Origin: Eutreptiella sp. 'Long Island Sound 2002'
Taxonomy: Eukaryota > Protista > Euglenida
Reading direction: 5' to 3'
Assembly: GCA_964036045.1 (NCBI GenBank)
Contig: OZ038378.1
Span: 11,470,001-11,534,000 of the forward strand
Length of the DNA stretch: 64,000 nt
Shown: in pieces, positions 34,893 through 45,545 of the stretch
How the letters are laid out: each line of letters opens with the position of its first letter
Numbering within the stretch: position 1 is the first letter of the stretch
Notes under the pieces: generated by a model
Database searches by the model: none
What the model was told of the DNA's origin: nothing
What the model saw: the letters and a program-made list of their open reading frames with translations, nothing else
Made by a program: the position numbers and the translations under genes

Positions 34893-35179
34893 TGCATTTT
34901 GCATTTTATGTTACATGCTGTTGTTGTTACGGTCCATCACATTTTGAAGCACATATACAGCACAACACAAGGCTGGTGAAAAATTGAAAGTGTGTGTGGG
35001 GGGGCCCTTGGACCCCCCCCCCCCAAGCAGGGGGGGTCTGGAAAAGGGGCTCCGAGGGCAGAAAGGTTGATCTGGGCATTCAGATTGCAAATAGAGGTGG
35101 AAGCTGGAAGTGGTAGACTGATAGTGTATCAACTGCAACCCACTGATTCATCTCAGCCATCAATGTGCACACCACTGTC

Positions 35180-35520
35180 TCGTTCAGCCTACAGCCATGG
35201 TGCCTTATGCACACTGGGAAGCCTACGGGCGTGTCGGTCTCCCACTGCATCACCTGGTTTTGGACTCAGCTAAGCCCCACTTCGTGTCAGATCTGCAACC
35301 ACAGCCACTGTGGGATCATCGTAGCAGTGGACTCGATTGCTTTCGCTGCAACTTCCTTTACGTCCAAAAGAAGCAGTGCCTGCTCTTTTCTCATCAACGG
35401 ATAAGAAGGCCAAGCGGTAAAGCCAAGCACACAGCTCTGAACCTTGATTCTGAGAGGTTGTGGGGAGTACTGTGAAGTGAGCAGGCTACGCCAGCTCACT
35501 TTGGTCTGAGGCACTGGAGG
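35180..35520 (+). mobile_element. Retroelement-like dispersed repeat (longer copy of 41390-41637)
   Basis: Shares CAGCCTACAG...CACACTGGGAAGCCTAC...GGGATCATCGTAGCA and ACAGCTCTGAACCTTGATTCTGAG...GCTACGCCAGCTCA with 41398-41626. Confidence 0.7.
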
Positions 35521-35667
35521 GGGAAGCTGCAAGGTCTTGGCACATGCCACTGGGAATTGGGGTCCTGCTGCACTGTGCCTGCACCTGCACCCCTGAACAA
35601 TTGACTACAGCCGACGAGGTGGCATACCGGCTGCTGCACTGTGCAGGGGGAGGGGGGAATTGAGGTC

Positions 35668-35775
35668 CGCAATTCCCCGCAATTTCCCACAATTCCGCAA
35701 TTTTCCGCAATTCTCCGCAATTTCCCGCAATTTTCCGCAATTTATCGCAATTTTCCGCAATTTTCCCGCAATTTT
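35668..35775. repeat. 10-bp tandem repeat (CGCAATTTTC)n
   Basis: About 10 slightly variable copies, read directly. Confidence 0.9.
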
Positions 35776-35924
35776 TCTGCTTTGCCCTTCTTACCCCCCC
35801 ACCCCCCGGGTATTGGGTTTTTCATGGTTCTGGTGGATGTAGGACAGCTATTCAGGTGTACAGGACAACATTTCATGTGTGTTGCTGCGGGTCCCTCCAT
35901 CAGGGGGGACCCTATCAGTCACTC

Positions 35925-36150
35925 ACAGGCACACATGCCCCTTAAACCCCTCCCCCCCCTCTCTCGACCCCTTCCCCGAAGCAACCAGCCCCTGACAAGG
36001 AAACAAACAAAAGTCAGTTAAACACAGGGGCCACTGACAGCACCTCTTTGCAAATTTTATCTTTTCATTTTTGGCGAACCATCCTTTCTTAGTTAAACAG
36101 GTGCTGTCTGATGGCTGGGTGCCTGGGCAGGCAGGTTTCACCTTCTTGCC
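35925..36150. repeat. Dispersed repeat, copy 2
   Basis: Reverse-complement match to 17400-17650. Confidence 0.8.
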
Positions 36151-36319
36151 CTACTATCTTTGCAGCCCATTGACCAGTCCATCCAGCTGTCCATGCATCC
36201 TTTTGGCCATCCATCCGTCCATCCAACCATGTGGCCATCAATCAATTGGTTGATCCATCCGTCCATCCATCCATCCATCCGGCACATGGCAAAGTATGCA
36301 GATTTGGGCGCCCCCAGAC

Positions 36320-36660
36320 ATAAGGGCTACATCAGACTAAAACTTGAAAATTCCTATTGCAGCCGCAGTGATCATAATGTGTTGGGTTTGACTAGATACA
36401 TGGGCTGCATGAGACTAAAAATTACTAAAAATTAAACATTCGTGTTGCAGCAACAGTGGTCAGAATGGGCGAACGTGAAGACCCCTGGATGCATTGGCCG
36501 CATCAGACTAAAAATTGCAATCTTCCATTGCAGCTGCAGTGGACCCAATGGACAAAAGACCCTTGGATACATGGGCTACAAAATTAGAAAATCTTGGTAC
36601 CATAGCGTTGGTCAAAGTGTGCGAAACTTGAGACATGTGTCAGGCTAAAAATTAATTATT
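36320..36660. repeat. Degenerate tandem repeat, period about 80-95 bp
   Basis: GGC..CAT.AGACTAAAA.TT...TTGCAGC..CAGTG recurs 4-5 times. Confidence 0.6.
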
Positions 36661-39600
36661 TCTTGCACAATAGGATGAGGCTAACATGCTTTCATGAGTG
36701 CAATAGTGAGCCTTGAGTTGCCAAATTCATCATGTTCATAAGGATTTGTCCCATGCCATACACAAAGACGCGTAGAACAAGAGAGTGTGCATTTTTTCAT
36801 CCTGCAAAAGAGGTCTGCCCCCGGAGCCCCCCCTTCAGGGGGGGGGGGGTTGGAAAAGGGGCTCCAAGCCCCCTCCCCCCACAGTTTCATTTTTTCCCGG
36901 GCCCAACGCTACACAAGCTACCGCCTAGCACCACTTAGGTCCAGGACGGGGACAAAGCGGTTCCTCAGAAATAGCAGCACATGGGGAGAAGGATGGAGTA
37001 CTGCATATGCCGCACAATGCAAAAGAAGCATAATTTGCTGGTGCCACACGCAAGGGTTACCTAAGGGAATGTTGTTCACTCAGTGGCACACAGTGTGCAC
37101 ACAATGCAAAGTGTTCTACATTGACAACGATCCAAACCCTAGTTTTGGGAGCGACTAGGTTTGTTGTGTGGAAAATCAGTCTAAATCTGTAGGTGGCACC
37201 TATGTGAAAAAAAGTTGTGCATGAGGGGGCTCTGGAAAGGGTGCTTGGTGGTCGTTGAGGGGTTTGACCCAGGAGGGAGTATTTGCGTGATGTGCGCCTG
37301 TCCCGTGCCCAGCTTTTGTGCCCGATCCTAGCATTGATTAATCACTGGCCGGGTCGCTGGCCGAATGGCAAATTTACACATAAATGCGTAAATTTTACTC
37401 AAACGGCCGCTTTTTGGGGCACGGCGGTGTTTACATGTGTAAATTCGGTGTAAATTGTTGTATATTGCTATGTGTGCACTATTTCATGATGTAATTGAGC
37501 TTCTTTGTCTTGCAAGTTGTGTGCTTTTTGTAATTTTGTTCACATTGTACCTGGTTGTACCTGGTTGTCGAGGTAGGTTTCATGCGCTTGGTCGGGTAGG
37601 GTAATCTATGCACAGAAGAATGGATGTGAGGTCAACTTGGTTCTACAACAGAGTCGGTGATAGGGGTGGCCTCCTCCCCAAACTTGGTGGCACAACAACG
37701 TTGGTTTCAAGGGGTAGGGTAGGGTAAGGAACAATGTATGGAAAGAAGAGAACCTATGACCATAATGGCAGAAACTATTATAGGACAAATTTTAGAGGAG
37801 AACAACGTCGGTCATAGGGGCGGCCGCCTCCCCAAACCTGGCAGCACAACAAGGTTTCTAACAAGGGCCTCCTTCCTTCTCCTGTGTTGTCCTTGGTCTC
37901 GGGGTGGGGTAGGGTAATGAACTATGTCTGGAAAGAAGCCCGGGGGGGGGGGGGAGGGCGACTCCGCGGGTCCTAGGACACCAACTCCCCCCCCCCCCCC
38001 AGGGGCCTTCGGCCAACAGTTAGTTGCCAAAGGTGTTGCCCTCAGGTGTCCATGGGCGCCTAAGGCGCCCGATGCTCCATGAACACCAAAGGTGCCCTAA
38101 GGAAATTTTTGTCCAATTTGCACCCCAGCACTATCCTTTAACCCAACCTTGACTCACGCCCACCCCCAATCCTCAGCCTACTCCTATCCCTACACCTAAC
38201 CCTAACCGTAACCCTAGCCCTAACCCTAGCCCTAGCTCTCACCCTAGGCTAGGGTCAGAGTGAGTGTTGGGGTCCAAAATGGAGAGCAATGATGTGGCAA
38301 CAGCAGCCATGAACGAAATTTGAGGGATCTTGTTCAGTTCAATCAACATGGCTGGCATGGCCATACTAGCTGGCTGCAAAGGTTAGGGTTAGGTTTATGG
38401 TGATGGTATGGTTAGAGGGAGGGCAAGGGGAGGTAAGGGGAGCCTGTGCCCCCTCCCCCACCTGGAACCCCCCCACCACCACCATCCCGAATCGCCCCAC
38501 TTGGACCCCCCCCCCCACCGACTCTCCCGGAGCGCCCCCCTCCTAGACCTCCCCCCCCCCATTCGCCCCTCCCTGACCCCCCCCCCTCCAATGGCGATGA
38601 CAGCTGTGGGGCAGGCGCAGCCAGAGCCAAATGCGGACACTGCAACCTGACCATTTGAGGCCCCCTCCAATGCCCCCCCCCCAAGGGGCCTCCAGCCAAC
38701 AGTTAGTTGGGGGGGTAGTTGGCGTCCAGAACCAAGGGGTCGCTCCCCCCCATGGAAAGAAGAGAACCTATAACCACTAGAAATTATTATTGGACTAATT
38801 CTAGAGTAGAATAAGGTCCGTAGTAGGGGTAGCAGGGAAAATGGTAGATTTCTTTGCAAATTTTTTGAAAAAACGGGGAAAAAACAAAAATTTACACTGA
38901 AATTTACATTCACTGGCCTTAATGCTTGCCCCTATCCCGACCTTCCCCCCAGTTTTGCCTTCACATAGAGAAATCCCCAAAGCATACCAGTATCAACCCT
39001 AAACCAAGACTGAATATTCCGACCAATCTGGTGGGGAAGGGAACATAGTGTACATAACTCAAAGCAGCTTGAGAAGGACCCCTAGGCCCCTGCTAACAGA
39101 CCCCCCCTCCGAGATCCCCTTGAAGATTCTTGGGTGCACTTGTTTGCCTCTGTTTGTGCTTGTACAAGTGCCCATGACAAAGGCTCATATCACAGATTTG
39201 GTTGCCATACATCGAAATTTGGGGGCATGCTCTTTATAAGGAGCAAGGTCCAAGAATTGTAGCTGGAGGTGCCCACTGTGAGGGGACAATACACCAGGCT
39301 GCGCAGTAACAGGGTGTCCATTTGCGTTTGTTTTGAACTTTTGGGGCGTCTGTGTGTGTCCGTTTTAAACAGATGCGAGCGGCATGTATGGCTCGCTACT
39401 GCTCCTGGCGCAGTCTCTCCCCATGGTAATCAGGACCCTACCCTTGGGCAGTCACACTACTGGGACCAATCAAGCGACCACAGAGACTCAAATCAAACTC
39501 ATCAAATGTTGTCTTGTCACAAATTCACTTGGGCCTCAACCCTTCACCTTCCCATTCTCAATGTGCATCAATCCACGTTGAAGTACCTTGCTAAATGCAT

Positions 39601-39937
39601 AATGATTTGCTTTTTTGAGTGTGCATATCCGCTTTGCTTGTTTTGCCTCTATGGCTTACCCTCCAAATAACACTTACGTGCTAAAATCGAGTCTGTAGCG
39701 TCATTTGACAACATCTTCATTTTGTCAACGCCATTGGCACTCAACACACAGAACACAGAATAAAAGCCAGCATGTCTTTATGGTCGTATCAAATGAACAT
39801 TAAGAAATGATTCGGCTGCCTCCCACCAAAAGGACATCAGGCATCAATGAGAAAGAGGAAATTTGGTCTCCCCAGATGGATTGGATCTGCAAGCAAATTG
39901 TGAATCGAATCAACCCCCCCCCCCCTGTCCAACCCCG

Positions 39938-39983
39938 ACACTTTCTGAGTGTCTATTTTTTCCCGTGTCTTTTTCTTTTTTCG
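39938..39983 (+). other. Genomic euglenid spliced-leader exon followed by a truncated relict SL
   Basis: 39940-39965 is ACTTTCTGAGTGTCTATTTTTTCCCG, 24/26 identical to the Euglena SL ACTTTCTGAGTGTCTATTTTTTTTCG as recalled. 39966-39983 is TGTCTTTTTCTTTTTTCG, resembling the SL part 3' of its internal AG. The ATG follows 20 nt later. Confidence 0.88.
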
Positions 39984-40003
39984 GTGAAGTGTGGGTGAGA
40001 TAA

Positions 40004-41221
40004 ATGTTGCGCTTCTTCGCTGTTCTATTGGCCGTTCAACTTGTCCTATCTTCGGATGTGGTCATCCTCAACGAAAAGAACTTCGATGATGTAATCAGCC
40101 AGGAGGAACATATGCTAGTGGAGTTCTATGCTCCTTGGTGCGGCCACTGCCAGTCTTTGGAACCAGAGTATGACAAGGCAGCCAAGGAGCTGAAGGCCAA
40201 GGGGATCAAGATTGCCAAGGTGGATGCCACTGTGGAAGAAAAATTGGCCGAGAAGTACGGTGTTGAAGGTTACCCGTCGCTGAAGCTGTTCAAGAAAGGA
40301 GAGTTTGCGAAGGACTACCAAGGCAAGAGGACCTCCAGTGGAATTGTGAGTTACATGAGTAGTGTTGCTGCAGGGGAAGAACCAGAAGAAGAGGAGGAAG
40401 ATGATTATGGAGGAGGTGAAGATCCTAGTGAAGACGAGTATGGCGAAGAAGGAGGTGGCGCAGGGGCAACGCAGGAGGCAGTGGGCCTCATCAACTTGGA
40501 TTCTTTCACCTTTGACAAAATTGTGGGGACCAATCAGTATGATGTCTTTGTAAAGTTCGACAATTCCTACGCATATGGCGATAAAGAGAACCAGTGGGTC
40601 AAACTGTCTCGCCGCATTGCCAATCTCACCAGCCCCAGGGCACGTGAGTTCCTTTTGGCTGTCGTTGGGGTGGAGGACTATGGGGACAAACTAAATGACG
40701 ATATGAGGGAGAGATTTGGCCTCAAAACAGACGATTTCCCAGTTTTCAAGCTTTTCAAGAGGGACTCCATTGAGCCTGTTGACTACACTGAGGCTGTGGA
40801 AGTTGATGCCATGTCTCATTTTTTGACCCGTGAGTTAGATATGTGGATTGGCCTGCCCGGATGTCTTGAGACATTTGACCGCCTTGCGATTGGTTTTGCA
40901 GCTGTGTCACAGACAGAGCAGCAGGACAGACTTACCAAGGCAAAGGACGAGTTGGCTCGTGTGACAGGTGAGGTTGAAAAGAAGACAGGCCAGTATTATG
41001 TCCGAGTAATGGAAAAGGTGGGTGCTAAGGGCTCAGACTACCCTCAAGCTGAAGCACTGAGAATTGAGAAAATTATGGAGTCCAAGATAACTGAAGATAA
41101 GAAGGCAGAGATGGAGCAACGTCTGCATATTTTGGCGAGTTATGGTGCCAAGCTTACGAAAAAGGAGCCTGAGCCTGAGCCTCAGCCTGAACCTGAGTCT
41201 GAACCTGAGCCAGAGGAGTAA
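40004..41221 (+). CDS. Intronless PDI-family protein: signal peptide, redox-active thioredoxin domain (WCGHC), acidic linker, ERp29/Windbeutel-like b and D domains; 405 aa
   Basis: MLRFFAVLLAVQLVLS signal; VEFYAPWCGHC...IAKVDAT...YGVEGYPSLKLF; ERp29-type LDSFTFDKI..VKFD.SYAYGDK, VGVEDYGDKLN..FPVFKLF, IGLPGCL and YVRVM...RLHILASY. Confidence 0.93.
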   Translation: MLRFFAVLLAVQLVLSSDVVILNEKNFDDVISQEEHMLVEFYAPWCGHCQSLEPEYDKAAKELKAKGIKIAKVDATVEEKLAEKYGVEGYPSLKLFKKGEFAKDYQGKRTSSGIVSYMSSVAAGEEPEEEEEDDYGGGEDPSEDEYGEEGGGAGATQEAVGLINLDSFTFDKIVGTNQYDVFVKFDNSYAYGDKENQWVKLSRRIANLTSPRAREFLLAVVGVEDYGDKLNDDMRERFGLKTDDFPVFKLFKRDSIEPVDYTEAVEVDAMSHFLTRELDMWIGLPGCLETFDRLAIGFAAVSQTEQQDRLTKAKDELARVTGEVEKKTGQYYVRVMEKVGAKGSDYPQAEALRIEKIMESKITEDKKAEMEQRLHILASYGAKLTKKEPEPEPQPEPESEPEPEE

Positions 41222-41389
41222 TTGGGCAGGCCTGATGTCTACTTGTTTTTGAGGTCACACAGTTCATGCATTTTTGTTGGCATGGATTGCACAATGCCAC
41301 AGAGAGCAAACAAGTGGCAGGGAATTCCAGGATTCACACACCCACCCACTTCCGGTGGTGATTCAAATTTAATTCAGGGTTACGGTAGC

Positions 41390-41637
41390 GGTGTTTTCTT
41401 CAGCCTACAGTCATTGTGCATCATGCACACTGGGAAGCCTACAGGCGTGGCAGTCTCCCACTGCATAACCTGGTTTCAGACAGCAAACCCTCACTACGTG
41501 TCAGATCCGCTACGACAGTCATTTGTGGGATCATCGTAGCACTGGACAGCTCTGAACCTTGATTCTGAGGGGTTACCTCGAGTACTGTGAAGTGAGCGGG
41601 CTACGCCAGCTCATCTTGGTCTGAGCCAAAAAAAAAA
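41390..41637 (+). mobile_element. 5'-truncated poly(A)-tailed retro-insertion with 19-bp target-site duplication
   Basis: AATTCAGGGTTAC(G/A)GTAGC at 41371-41389 and 41636-41654; A10 at 41628-41637; body homologous to 35180-35520. Confidence 0.8.
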
Positions 41638-42269
41638 TTCAGGGTTACAGTAGCAGCACAAGACTAGTGCACAACTGCACAAAGGGTTTGGCTTTGATGA
41701 GGAAGTGCTGAAAGTAGCCATACATGGGCAATGCAATCCAATGCAAATCCCTGAATGCTGAAATCGACGCAGTTCCTGACCTGAGCTGATTAGCTCAGTG
41801 TTTGGAGCTCAATCACAAGTTGTGGACAAATTATGAGGTGTTACTTCTGTCAGATCAGAAGTTGCACTGTGGTATACTCAAGGTAGGAATGCAAGTGGCT
41901 CCTTCTTCGTTGACTGCAGCCCCTGTCTTTGTCAGGGGAAGAAGCTATGGTATATTCTGAGAGTGTACTTAGATTCCGAGACTCTCTCGTACTGTTGCAG
42001 AACTGTTGCAGCTTCGTCAAAAAGTCCAACCCCGGCCTGAGGGCGTGGTTCCTTTGCAATTTTGGGAGTAGCTGGCTCCTACTTGGCAGCCAGTGTACTT
42101 AGAGCGCGTGCAGCGTGTGCTGTCACTTTATGGCCCCTCAGAGCCCTATGCAGGGCTGGAGTTCAGGAGGTGGAGACATCTGTTGAGCTCCAAAAACATG
42201 CTGCTGTACATGCCGCACAGGCATCCACATGAGCTGCGACAGCCACCTGAAGTGTGGTGAGCATTTGCA

Positions 42270-43015
42270 AAATTGCGCACCACAACGGGTGGGGGGGAGC
42301 TGTCGCGGGGGGCGCAACGGGTGGGGGGAGCTGTCGCGGGTGGCGTGACGGGTGGGTGGGGGGCAGTGATGTAGTAGAACGGCCGTACACCGTAGGAGGA
42401 GGGTGGGTACCTCCCCTGACCCCCCCCTACCTCCCTCCCCTTGGACCCCCTCCCCCCCTCCCTCCTCCTCTTGCAATGTTTGAGGCTGACAGCCAAAATT
42501 TTGCTTCGGCGCCTTCGGTGCCAAGAGGATTTACGCTTCAAAATTTTTCGGTCCCCCTTCGGTGGGGACCATAGGGGGACCGAAGGAGGAGGGGGGGTCC
42601 GGCCGAACCCTCCCCCCCTTCTATTACTTCCCTGGGGGGGGTGCTGTCGTGGGGGGCTGACGGGTGGCAGGCAGTTGTCGCGGGGGGCGCAAGGGGTGGG
42701 GGGGAGCTGTCGCGGGTGGCGCGACGGGTGGGGCGGAGGTATCGCGGGGCGCGCGATGGGTGGGGCGGAGCTGTTGCGGGGGGCACGACGGGTGGGGGAG
42801 AGCTGTGAGCCACCCCGCGCCCACCCTGCCACCCGCCGCGCCCGCCGCGACAGCTTCACCCCCACCCGTTGCGCCCCCCGCAACAGCTCGGCCCCACCCA
42901 TCGCGCAACCTGCGGTAGCTTCCGCTCCCCCTCACCTGCCGCGTCCCCCGCGACAGCTCCAGCCCCCCCGTCACCCCCCCCCCCCCCGGCGACAGCCCCC
43001 CCGTCGCCCCCCTGG
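42270..43015. repeat. GC-rich repeat of about 30-bp units (GGGGGAGCTGTCGCGGG...) arranged as a foldback
   Basis: Forward units at 42270-42375 and 42650-42806; reverse-complement units at 42808-43015 (42751-42806 pairs with about 42848-42906). Confidence 0.8.
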
Positions 43016-43279
43016 TGACCTGGCACCAGTCTAAAAACCCTCAGGATGGTAGCTAGCGGGACGGATCCCGTATGCACTGCCAACGCGAGAGGACGAGGGT
43101 CAGGGCAGCGAACAGGGAGCCAACCTCGTCCCGCGATGCCCACAGAAAAGTACATCGGGCGCCCTTGGTGCCAGCGCCACGACGAGTGGGCAGAGCGAGG
43201 CAGGACCCGAGGCTGCCAGCACTTGCTGTTGTGCCCTACAGGCGCGGCGTGCCAAGACAAAGCGTGAGAGTGCTAGATC

Positions 43280-43740
43280 CGGCGGACCGACGATCCGAGT
43301 CAGTGACCCTGGTGCCTAGGCGTAACGCCGGCATTTCGACACGAGGGTAGACTCGCGGAGCTTGGGTGTGTGGCCTGCCGCCAGCAATGCGACAGGATGG
43401 CGGACGGGACGTGGCGATCCGTCGTTTAGAGTCAGTGACCCTGGTGCCTTGGCGGATAGCCGGCAATGCGATACGAGGGTAGACTCGAGGAGCCCTAGGT
43501 GCATTGGCCTGGTGCCGGCACCGCGACATGTGGGCTGAGCGATGTGACGACCCGAGTCAGTGACCCTGGTGCTGTGGTGTGTGGCCGGCACTGCGATACA
43601 AGGGTAGACTCGAAGAGCCCTGGGTGCGTTGGCTTGGTGCCGGCACAACGACACATGGGCTGAGCGATGTGACGACCCGAGTCAGTGACCCAGGTGCTTC
43701 AGTGTGTGGCCGGCACTGCGAACAGAGGTAGACTCAGAGT
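43280..43740. repeat. About 125-bp tandem repeat, 4 copies
   Basis: GAGTCAGTGACCC.GGTGC at 43297, 43429, 43554 and 43679. Confidence 0.85.
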
Positions 43741-45545
43741 GCCTGCATGGCACACAGATACGGCCGACAGAGCGCTTGCGTGGCACACAGGGGCGAGTCT
43801 CAGAGCGCCTGCGCGGCACACGGAAACCAGTGACGGAAGCGCCGGCATGGCGCACTAGAACAAAGGACAGAGCGCCTGCGTGTGGTGCACAGAGGCGAGT
43901 CTCAGATCGCCTGCATGGCGCATGGAAACGGACAGAGTGCCTGCATGGCGCACGGGTATGAGTCTCAGAGCGCGTGCATAGCGCACAGAAACGAATGACA
44001 GAGCACCTGCGTGTGGCGCACATAGGGAATGCCATGCACGCAGTGCGCACGCAGTGCAAAGTTTTGGATGTCGGCAAATACTCGAACCCTAGTTTTGGCC
44101 CCTTTTCACAAGTTTTTGGTTCCGTACCAGGGTTTTTTTGGCTTCCCAAGCATTTGGGATGTGGCATATTTGAATTGTCAACCATTTCCCCCTAGAAGAG
44201 GCCCATCGACAAAGTGTACACAGTCGACACGACCCGGATCTCGACGTCGTCATTGTCGACACTGCAGCGAGCCTCGTATCCGTAGAGGCGGTTCGATTCG
44301 CCCTTCAGAGTACTCTTCCGGACAGATAGTACGTGCACCAAAACCTTGGTCGACTTCAAGGTGATTCTCGAACCGAGATGCTCAAGATCATCGATCGGTA
44401 TGGCCACGTCCACAACTGCAAAGAATTCCACGTGGTCATCGTCGCTCGAAGGCTCTCCATCGCCGATACTCGATGGTGGCGAGTCGACACCAGGACCGGA
44501 CAGTTCTTCTTCGACGATGCTGTTGGTTATAACTACAACCAGAAGTATCGATGGACACCTGGCCAACCCTATGGTATTGACACCTTTCAGTCTTCCCCCT
44601 AGTAAACAGGTGACAGGTATTCTTGGGTGAGTATCCTAGCCTCTGCGTGCACAATATGCACGCAGTGCGCACGCAGTGCAAACACTTAGCCATAGGCGAG
44701 TCTCGGAGCGCCTGCATGGCGCACAGAAACACATGATAGAGCGCCTTCGTGTGGCGCAGAGAGGCGAGTCTCAGAGCGCCTGCATGGCACATGGCAACGG
44801 AGAGAGTGCTTGCATGGCGCACAGGGACAAGTCTTAGAGCGCCTGCATGGCGCACATAAACACATGACAGGGCACCTGCGTGTGGTGCACAGAGGCCAGT
44901 CCCAGGGCGCCTGCATGGCGCACAAGATCGAATGGCAAAGCGCCTGCGTGGCACACAAGTATGAGTCCCAGAGCGCCTGCGTGGCGCACAGAAGCGAATC
45001 ACAGAGCGCCTGCGTGTGGCGCACAGAGGCGAGTCTCAGAGCGCCTACATGGCGCACAGAACCGCATGACAGAGCGCTTGCGTGTGGCGCACAGAGGCGA
45101 GTCTCAAAGTGCCTGCATGGCGCACAGGATGGAATGACAAAGCGTGTGCGTGGCGCGCAGAGGCGAGTCTCAGAGCGCCTGCGTGGCGCACAGAAGCGTG
45201 TCTCGGAGCACTTGCGTGGTGCACAGGGGCTAGTCTTAGAGCGCCCGCATGGCGCACAGAAACGAAGGACAGAGCGCCTGCATGGCGCACAGGAACGAAT
45301 GAAAGAGTGCCTGCGTGTGGCGCACGGAGGCGAGTCTCAAAGCGCCTGCATGGCGCACAGAAACGCATGACAGAGTGCCTACGTGTGGCGCACAGAGGCG
45401 AATCTTAGAGCGCCTGCATGGCAACCGGGATGGAATGACAGAGCACGTGCGTGGCGAGTCGCAGAGCGCCTGCATGGCGCCCAGATGCGTATCTCGGAGT
45501 GCCTGCGTGGCGCACAGGGACGAGTCCCAGAGCGCTTGCGTGTAT
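43735..45545. repeat. Satellite with units of about 34 bp (GCGCCTGCATGGCGCACAGAGGCGAGTCTCAGA), interrupted at 44061-44655
   Basis: Dozens of diverged copies. A 27-bp direct repeat ATGCACGCAGTGCGCACGCAGTGCAAA at 44034-44060 and 44656-44682 brackets the interruption. Confidence 0.9.

Noticed and set aside
39938-40060. SL-RNA gene (CG|GT follows the second copy)
   Set aside because: GT follows only the degenerate truncated copy, not the full SL. The downstream sequence is a 20-nt UTR and a signal-peptide ORF, and no array context is present. Not fully excluded.
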